Of a stretch of 64,000 nucleotides of DNA, positions 55,340 through 64,000 are shown one piece after another. Each line of letters starts with the position of its first letter. Within the stretch, counting starts at the first letter, position 1. A model generated the notes under the pieces. That model was not told where the DNA came from and searched no databases. It saw only the letters and a list, made by a program, of their open reading frames with translations. The position numbers were made by a program, and so were the translations under genes. This DNA is from Rotaria socialis (taxonomy: Eukaryota): positions 186,001 to 250,000 of the forward strand of contig CAJNYD010000035.1 of NCBI GenBank assembly GCA_905331295.1. Reading direction: 5' to 3'.

Positions 55340-56466
55340 NAAATATACAAACACACCTTTTCCCCCCCCCCCCCCCACCCCCCAAGAAAAAAACCTAGTA
55401 ATATTTATTTTTTGATAAATGAAGGACACTATGAATGCAGTTGAAAATTTCATCGTACATAATCGGAAAAACGTCCGTTTATGCACGATTACTCGTGGGT
55501 TCAATCGGAAGTACGGACGCGCACTTCCGATTGATTGAATAAAACGTAATTTTTTTTATTTTTGTTCACAATAAATATTTATTAGATAAAGTGCTTCAAT
55601 TAACATCACATTCAAACCAATATTTATACTTTCTTCTTTACAAATAATTCCCAGTCAATTTTACAAAAACTGAAAATAATTTCTATCGTTGCATGATTCT
55701 AAATTGTTGACTAGACACAAGCTATTCGAAGATAAAAGTATAAATGTACGAATTAACTGTGACTCTTTTTCTCCAATGAGTAAAAGCTAGACTATTCTAA
55801 AACAAGAATTCTAATATCAGAAATCAAAAATAAATTGGTAAATAAAAAGAACAAAAGTAGAATTGAGTTTACTAATTCACCTATATAAATATAATAAAGA
55901 AAACAAATGATTGATAGCATGATTCGACTGTGTATCAATGAGTAGTACCTTTATGAAGCTAATCATACACTTACTTAGGTCACAGCACTACATATTCGTT
56001 GTTTGATGGTGTTTTCACGAATAGAGTAGACAGTTTTCATTTATAAAATCAATACTTTTTCTTATTCTAGTTTGATAATGAAATTTAGATTTTAGTTTTT
56101 AGAAATATACTCTGAAAATATCATCAATACGATTCGATTTTATAAGAAAGGACCATACACATAGCTATAATCCAAATCGGAAAAAAAGAATAAATGCGTG
56201 CATAACACGTGATCAAGGTAGTGATCGAATGTGAAAGACAGATATTGACGTGCAACGATAAGACAATATCATTTTGATCAATGAAGTTGTGCCATAAAAT
56301 ACTGTTTCATTATATGTTGGTTTGATTTTTATAACAGACATATATATGTATTCGTCTCTTTTCTTTCTCTGCTGATTCACTAATGAGATTCTTCGCACAT
56401 TTTAACATGTGAAAACGTAGACACAAATTCTTCATTGATCGATTTAAATCATTCAATATAGTAATC

Positions 56467-57659
56467 ATGTTTAAACTTGGCTTTTCAATGGAAGAATTAA
56501 TGTTTCCAGAAAATTATCAATCTAATTTGCTTATTCATATTGAATCCAATTGTTTAGTAAGAATTCAAAACTATAAATTTATTTCTCAAGTCTAATTTCG
56601 TTTTTATAGCGAGAAAAACTTCGTAAAATTTCATCAACATTTGATTATCATGAATCGATGATTATAGATAATAAAAATGATGACGATGATGATGATTGGT
56701 TCACAATTAAACAACTGAATCCTGGTTAGAATCTACAAAATATGTTTTTGATTTTATTCGTTATTCTATTTATACGTATATTAGAAATATCGTTGAACTC
56801 GAATAGTCTAATAAATGATCAAACATTATCAGTATTCGACGTTTTTTCAGACAATTGCCACTTTGATCAAGTGAAATCAATGTTTGAATTTGATGGTAGT
56901 ATGGCTACTTTACTTTTACCAAATCTGTCAGTTACAAAGAGTAAAATTTTACAAAACAAACTATGTGAAGTCAGTGTCAATTATAAAGCAAATCAACTTA
57001 TTCATGATAAAAACAATGCTTTATTATCATCAGATACAATTCCAATAATCTCATCTTCCTCTCCTTGTAGTCAACGGTAAAATATTATAGTTCGCGTATG
57101 TTTGAACATTTTCTTATCTTTTTTTTTTTTCTTTAAAATAAAAAGACAATCAACCACAACTACAACGATTACTCAACAACAATCAAATAAATATACCATG
57201 TCTAAATCAACTTCAGCTTTATCTTTCTGTACACAGTCATCAACATCAATGACAAGTAGTAGTGCCGATGAGATTAGTTCAAATTCAAACGATGTCAGCG
57301 AACTAACAACTATACATCATCCTACTGAATCTATGCGACAACTATCTGATCACTATAAATATAACAGAAGTACAAGTGATGATTCTTTGAATTTGAGTAG
57401 TAGACGTCGTCGAAAAAGAACTATCTTCAGTGCAGCCGATATTGAACATTTAAAAGATGCATTTATTCAAAATCCTAAACCGAGTCGTAATTATTTCAAT
57501 ACTTTCTTTTTCTCTGATTACTATAATAACATAAAAGAACTCTTTTTTGTTTCAGAACAAGATATTGCTGTTTTGTCGGACCAATTAGGTCATGATTCGT
57601 ATGTGATTCGTGTATGGTTTTACAATAAACGTCAAGCAACTAAAAAACGAAACGAATAA
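56467..57659 (+). CDS. Divergent POU-like homeodomain protein without a visible POU-specific domain
   Basis: RRRRKRTIFSAADIEHLKDAFIQNPKPS|QDIAVLSDQLGHDSYVIRVWFYNKRQ. The upstream exons from ATG 56467 are tentative. Confidence 0.8.
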
Positions 57660-58807
57660 GATAATTATTGAAAATAAAAACTTTCTATTAGCATCATTTT
57701 TATTCTGATTGCAAATAAAATGTATTCATCTATGTAGATCATTTTGATCTTGTAAAAAAAGTCAATACAATATTAATAATCACATTTGATTTCATCTGTT
57801 TTTTTTAGCTTAGAAAAAATAAACAAAAACATATTGAAAACAAATAAAATGTTTATCTACATCAACAGATCAGATTAGCTAGAATGTAAATAAAACGAGA
57901 AGCCTGGATGTATTTTTCATTCGTACGAAAGGTGCACTGAAAAGAAAAATAAATAAATAAACAACTAACAATAGCAACGAATATTTTATCAACATTATGA
58001 ATCACATGCTTTGACAAAGTGTATGTATTGAAGCACCTGTGTGTGTGTGTGTAACCGCAGCTTTTCACGATCGTTTGCTCAAACATATTACGCTTATTCT
58101 TGTATGTTGAAAATCTTAAGTCTTGTTCGAATCTTCTGATCGTTATCTTTTACAGGAGATAAGTTTGTAAGTTTTTTGTTTTATTTTGGAAAAAAAACTA
58201 ATCTGTTCGAAAATTTTTCTCGTTGAATTGATTTGAACTTTGAATTGAAATTGACCAAAATCTAGTTGATACGATTTCTTCGAATAGAAAATTACTGTCA
58301 TTTACTCTGATATTTTTAAAGAGTTTATCGTCATTGTCTGTTTCAAAAACTTCCATACATTGACACCCATCAATTTTCAATTAATATATCATTTCAGAAT
58401 ACTTAACTACAACATGAACTGCTAGTGGCAAAAAAAGAACGGAATCATTCGATGTGGTACGTTGTACAAATTAGTGGAAAAGAACGGTTTGGCTGATGTT
58501 ACACTTAGTAAACTACCTTAAATAAGGATGTTATTTAACATTGTTATTAAGCGTAGAATTTGACTTTCCGGACACCATAGTTGTTGATATCCTGTAAAGT
58601 TATCAGTAGAACATATGCACGAGTCATTTGGATATTCATTGTGTAAATGAAGTGATTTTTCTTTTCAATGACCAAAGTAAAATCCAATCAGTTAATTTTT
58701 CTAACATCTTTCAATCGCATAAGAATGCGTTCTTGTCAGAACTTCATTTTCAATAGATAACTTCTTGAATTAACGATATTTCAGACGGTTCATTTCTGAT
58801 TATTTCT

Positions 58808-59737
58808 AACGGGTGGCCCAGAATAAATGAAGGTCTGAGTATTTCATTAATATCTCGCTCAATTTTCATTGCGCAGGGTTGAAGTTTTCTCTAAAAGATG
58901 AGCCATTCAATTCTTGGCAAAACGCGTGTCGAACATTTTTTTTGAAGAGAACTAAGGAAACAACGTTTTAAATACTACTGAAGACGTCCTGAAAAGGTCA
59001 ACTTTCAACGATGAAAAACCGCTTTTACAGGCTTTTCAATGGCTAGCTAGGATGGAAATAAAATAAAATAAGCATTTTGTAGCCTTTGAAAAGCTCTATC
59101 AATGGTTCATAACTTGAAAATTGTTGTGCTCATTCTTGCGATATACACCGATTATATTCGTTTTTAGATTTTCGAAAACATAACTATGTCAATCTGCAAT
59201 TTCGAAGCTCCTGCGAAAATAGGCATAACTAAGCCAAATTAGCGTCTTTTGGGTTCGGGTTTTCTTGATTTTGATGGAAAATCACTAATGTATCAGATTC
59301 ACACACGCAAGTTGACATCAAACTCTCTTCTTCAATTTAGCTGGCAAAAATATCAGATTTGAGGCATTTTGAGTAGGCTTTTGAAAGGTGAGCTTCTTTA
59401 ATTTCCAAATGATTTCACCGAACTTTGAACTACGTGGCCAGAAAGAGTACACTTTAAAGTACTCCGAAACATCTTCACTTTTGTTTTATTGTGTAAGGTA
59501 GTGTAAAAAACGTTCTATCGTTTATGTTTACAATGCTTGTGAAATTTGGTCGTTTCGTATGTGTTTAGTATAATTTATAACTTTTCCTGCTTATCTATCT
59601 TCAGAGAATGTTTTGCTACGCGTTTGGTGAAGAATTGAAAGACGCATCGTTTAGAGAAAACTTCAACCCTGTGCAATGAAAATTGAGCGAGATATTAATG
59701 AAACACTCAGACCTTCATTTATTCTGGCCCACTCGTT
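58808..59737. mobile_element. Non-autonomous DNA transposon with ~120-bp terminal inverted repeats (Tc1/mariner-like termini)
   Basis: aacgggtggcccagaataaatgaaggtctgag.. at 58808 vs ..ctcagaccttcatttattctggcccactcgtt at 59737. No intact transposase ORF; TSD unclear. Confidence 0.8.
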
Positions 59738-60079
59738 CTTTCTAGGCTACGCAAAATATATCTTTACACATGAAATATCGAAATAGAATACGTGGGTTAT
59801 GAATATCTCTATGAGTACTTTGCTTTTGGTATGATCTCAATAAATCTTTTTAATACTTCTCATACTGAAGATATATGTTTATATGTAAATCAGATTAATA
59901 ATCTATTGAGTCTCAATATTAACTTCGTAAAAAAAAGATCTACTTTTCTATTACACATATCGCTCGTTTGAAAGTTTTGTTTTGATCAATCTTGAATATT
60001 GCTAATAAAAATCATTTATTTTGAATACTAATAAAGTTCTATTGCAAACAGAATTCGATGAATCCTCATTGGCTTCTAT

Positions 60080-63000
60080 TCAATTGGATTGAATCGATGT
60101 AAACGAAGTTTCTCGGTATATATTTGTTTTTTCACGAGAATCAAGTTGACCGAGTAAACTCTGTTGAACGATTGTGATCAAATCATTTGCCTTTGAAACA
60201 CACAATATAATAGTCATAGATCGGATATTCAATACAATTTGATCTCATCTTCTTACATTAGCAGATGAAGATAGATTTGCTAGATGATAAATCCACACTG
60301 CACCATCACTTGTTCCAACTAAGACGCACTGTGAGAGAAACAAAAGCAATGATCTGTGTTTATCTTGTATGTTCATGAATTTACATCAGAATCTGTCGCA
60401 TACGCAATCGATGTTAGTGTACGTTGATTTGTACTAGTAGCGATGCAAATTGGATCAAGTCTGATATTATATGCATATCATTCATAAATAGCAAAACGAG
60501 AAAAAAAAGAAATGATGTACGTGCTCTTAGATAAATCCCAAATTTCAATTGTATTTTCACTAACACAACAAAACATAGTTGATGATTTCGGTGACCAAAT
60601 GGCATCGAAAAATATTTTTGAGTTTGAGGATGAAACTATCATACAGGATTGATCACATCCAATCATCCATAATCGAACTGTCCAATCTGCACTGGCACTT
60701 AGAAATATATTTTCAGCAAATGGAGACCAATGAACTTTATAAACAGGACCTGTGTGACCTATGTAAGACTCCAAATATTTTTCATTATATATAGTTGAAC
60801 ATCGATGAATAGACCCTTCATCAGTGCCACATAAATAACTAGAAAGATGAATTCATTTTTTAGATGATATAATATGTAACTAACGAACATGGTTTTATCG
60901 TTCAAATGCATATCAAAACAAAGACCACCAACCAATTTTGAAAAATATCCATTATTATTTGTTTTGTTATCTTTTTTTAATGCTCGGCATGTTGTTTGTG
61001 ATGAATTATAAGATTTGAAATGCATAAGATCTAAATAGTTTACATTTTTATTACTCTACGATACATATTTCAACATTCACAGCAAGACTCTTAGATAATT
61101 TTAACAATAACATAATATCAATTTTTATATTTACTATTTGTCATTGAAACGGTTATGTTAAATTTTGTTTCTGCGTGGAACTCATTTTGTTAGAGAGTAA
61201 AAATCAGATATAGCTATAGCTACATTTTACCAGTGGCTTCAAATTCTTTTCGAAGGATCCACTGCGTCATACGACCATCAGATGAAATCGATACTAGTGT
61301 TTCAATATTGTTGATCTCAAATAAACGATCTTGTTCATTCCAATATATTTGCCAAACAGGTTTTGAATGTTTTTTATCATTTTCACTAGTACAAAGTCGA
61401 TATGATGTTAATTTTAAATACTTTATGTGTATATATATATAATTACTTTGTGTCAACAATCGGAGATGTATTATTTTGATTAAGATCAAAGATGCAGATA
61501 TTACCATTGAACAAGCCAACCTAATAGAAGAGATAATATTTTGTAGTTTATGTTCAATTGTATTTTACAGCTAATAAATTTGGACGTTTCAGTGAAAATG
61601 ATAATGATGTTACGCCAGCATCCGTTTGATAATAACGTTCAGGAAACTTAAATCATAATTCTTTTATCGTGTGTAGAAAAAAAAATATATACTTCAGGAT
61701 TTTTGACATTCCAACAACAAACGAGGCCTATGAGGAAATTATATAAAATTAAAGAATATAAAATAAAGCAAGTTGTTTATTCGACCTTGTTTGTCATTAT
61801 TATATTGAAATTTACCATAGCCTACAGTCAATAAATCCTAAAATACAAAGTATTTGATTATATATTGCTTGAGTTTCTATCTCACATGATTTTTTTCATT
61901 CCAACATAAGCAAGAAACACTTCGATTATGTGTTAAGTAACAACTATAATGCCATAAACGTTCAAGACTCAGAATAAAGTGTTTCGTAGATGACAAATCT
62001 TTTTTATCGATAGAGTCATTATTCATATCGTTTATTATCGAAGGTCGATTATCTAATATAGATTTTTCAGAAAAAGACAATCCATTACAGACATACATAC
62101 GTTCTTGATTAACTGTAAGACTTGTATTGATTCCTCGATAAATTACTGGTTTTATGTGATAGGTAAGGTTTACCAAAGTCAAAAATCGAGCAGGAGAAAA
62201 ATTCCATTTATTATTACATGGTTGGATAGAGCTCGATGGGTAGATCATGAATATCACCTTTTAAATGTTTCTAAGCTTACGTTTTGGCTGAGGAATTTTC
62301 AAAATACAAAATGCACCTGAAAAACCATGTAGACGTGCTCAAATTGATGCCCCGCAAAATCATCAACTATTCTTTTTTGAAAGCATATCTCGAGCTTTCT
62401 TACGTCATTAGAACAGTCAAGTGATAGCGAACAAAAGTATGCATTCCGTTTGAAAAATATTGTTCTCTCTCTCTGAGAAAATCGGTTTTTACTAGATCGG
62501 TGACTGAAGATTAACGAATTACTCTCTTATTTCGAGATTTCGAGTATCAAAACTCAACTTTCACGCAAGATAAACATCAGATTCGCAACCAGCACGAAAA
62601 ATTACATTGACTATCATATATTTTATCAAAAAAGAATTCTCATCAAAATTCCAGCCTACTCCCCCTCAGTCATGTTTTTCTTGATTTTATCCTGTGGTGC
62701 ACCACAGGTAAAATTTTGGTGAAAATTATTTTTTGATAAAATATATGATAGTCAATGTAGTTTTTTGTGCTGATTTTGAACCTGATGTTTATTTCGCATG
62801 AAAGTTAAGTTTTGATGGCCAAAACCTCGAAATAAGAGGGCAATTTGTTAAGCTTCAGTCACCGATCTAGTAAAAACCGATTTTCTCAGAGAGAGAACAA
62901 TATTTTTCAAACGGAATGCATACTTTTGTTCGCTATTGCTTGACAGTTTGAATCATATAAGAAAGTCCGAGAGGTGCTTTCAAAAAAAAATACTTGATAA

Positions 63001-64000
63001 TTTTGTGAGACATCAATTTGAACGTGTCTACATGGTGACCTAGTGGAGCTCCTCAAACGTGAAGCGTATGCTTTTTACTCGTCAAAGTTACATTAGTAGA
63101 TTCAGATTTTCATGCTGAATACGATGATGACAGTTTTCGAAACATAGAAGATTGTTAAACTAGGTAAATTTCGATTTTTCTCGAAAAAAAGTGAAATATT
63201 CACTTTTTCAGGTGCATTTTGTATTTTGAAAATTTCTCAGTCAAAACGTAAGCTTAGAAACATTTAAAAGGTGATATTCATGATCTACTCATCGAGCTCT
63301 ATCCAACCATGTAATAATAAATGGAATTTTTCTCCTGCTCGACTTTTGACTTTGGTGAACCTTACTCAAGTTCAGGATACGTTCCATAATAAATGCATCG
63401 ACATCAATATCAGGCAACTTAAAAATACGAAAAAAATGAATATCTATATTTAATTTGGTTGACTGACTTCAGTTTTAGTACTATATTTCAATTGAAAACA
63501 ATTGTTTTGGGGCAAAGTCATCTTGCCTAGAGAATCTTGTGAAAAGAATCTAGGTGAATCTGAAATATCATATAATATTAACAAACGAGACTATATATGT
63601 AACTGATTTACTTTGTGATGAGAATGTTTTTTCCTCTACAATATTATTCTCATATTCGTTATTTTTTATTTTATTATCGTACAGATCCTGACTGCGATAT
63701 ATTGGATGTCGACGATGATCTTATGAAAAATAAAATGTATTCATATGAAAACTTCTATTAACATCATACTTTGATCTTCGTTTTGATTTGTTTCGACTGC
63801 AGAATCATATAGATCCCACATATTAAACCATGATTGTTGTGACTAAATATTTACGAAAAATAAAGATTGAATATACGGAAGAATCCAGCCAATGCACACT
63901 CGTGTTAACACAGGATCAGTGATGATCTGTTTATGTTTACGTAAATCATTAAATGTTTGCATACCACGTTCGATATATAAATCATTGCCTTGCCGATTTT
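60080..64000 (-). CDS. DNAI4: WDR78 / dynein axonemal intermediate chain 4; 5' end beyond the window; one exon interrupted by a transposon
   Basis: FIMERIL, LERLWHYSC.LT.NRSVSCLCWN..N.DLLTVGYG, VCCWNVKNPEFPER, KHSKPVWQI.W, LVSISSDGR.TQW, YLCGTDEGSIHRCS..YNEKYL.SY.GH.GPVYKVHWSPF and LDP. Stop at 60082-60080. Confidence 0.92.
62166..63362. mobile_element. ~1.2 kb foldback/MITE-like element with TA target-site duplication, inserted in a WDR78 coding exon
   Basis: Arms are imperfect reverse complements over about 480 bp (aggtttaccaaagtcaaaa.. / ..ttttgactttggtgaacct). Flanked by TA at 62164-62165 and 63363-63364. Removing it restores codons TTG AGT ACC TAT CAC. Confidence 0.9.

Noticed and set aside
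55252..55383. 88-nt poly-G and adjacent poly-C giving poly-Pro/Gly ORFs or a G-quadruplex
   Set aside because: Abuts the N at 55340; length is unreliable and typical of a sequencing or gap-fill artefact.
61877..63453. Two near-identical ORFs starting MIFMIY.SSSIQPCNNKWNFSPAR on opposite strands
   Set aside because: By-product of the foldback element's inverted arms, not a gene pair.
1..64000. CRISPR arrays, rRNA/tRNA genes, intact transposases or reverse transcriptases, bacterial contamination
   Set aside because: None recognised. The intact foreign-looking genes carry spliceosomal introns and are interleaved with animal genes.

Overview
AT-rich, gene-dense eukaryotic DNA with many short (~50-110 nt) spliceosomal introns. 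Gene content, intron style and several foreign-looking genes suggest a bdelloid rotifer-like lophotrochozoan (inference). Genes reconstructed by hand, in order: MARVEL-domain protein (partial, GC-AG intron), USP deubiquitinase, CSN6, a bacterial-type pyruvate kinase with one intron, a small secreted eglin-c/potato-inhibitor-I-like protein, FoxL1, a decaying GT15-like glycosyltransferase, a 553-aa protein resembling a degenerate bacterial zinc peptidase, a coiled-coil protein, a GPR158-like class C GPCR, NAF1, a CPRas1-like ZnF/vWA protein, mitofusin, TMEM237 (with an RFX X-box), an FPRIamide neuropeptide precursor, a POU-like homeobox with Tyr50, and WDR78/DNAI4 (5' end outside the window). 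Mobile DNA: two Helentron-type non-autonomous elements, a long-TIR element, and a 1.2 kb foldback element inserted at a TA inside a WDR78 coding exon. That insertion creates a perfect GTAAG donor and could be spliced out in frame. Three N gaps have assembly artefacts beside them. All exon models and family calls come from manual reading and motif recall; no searches were run.
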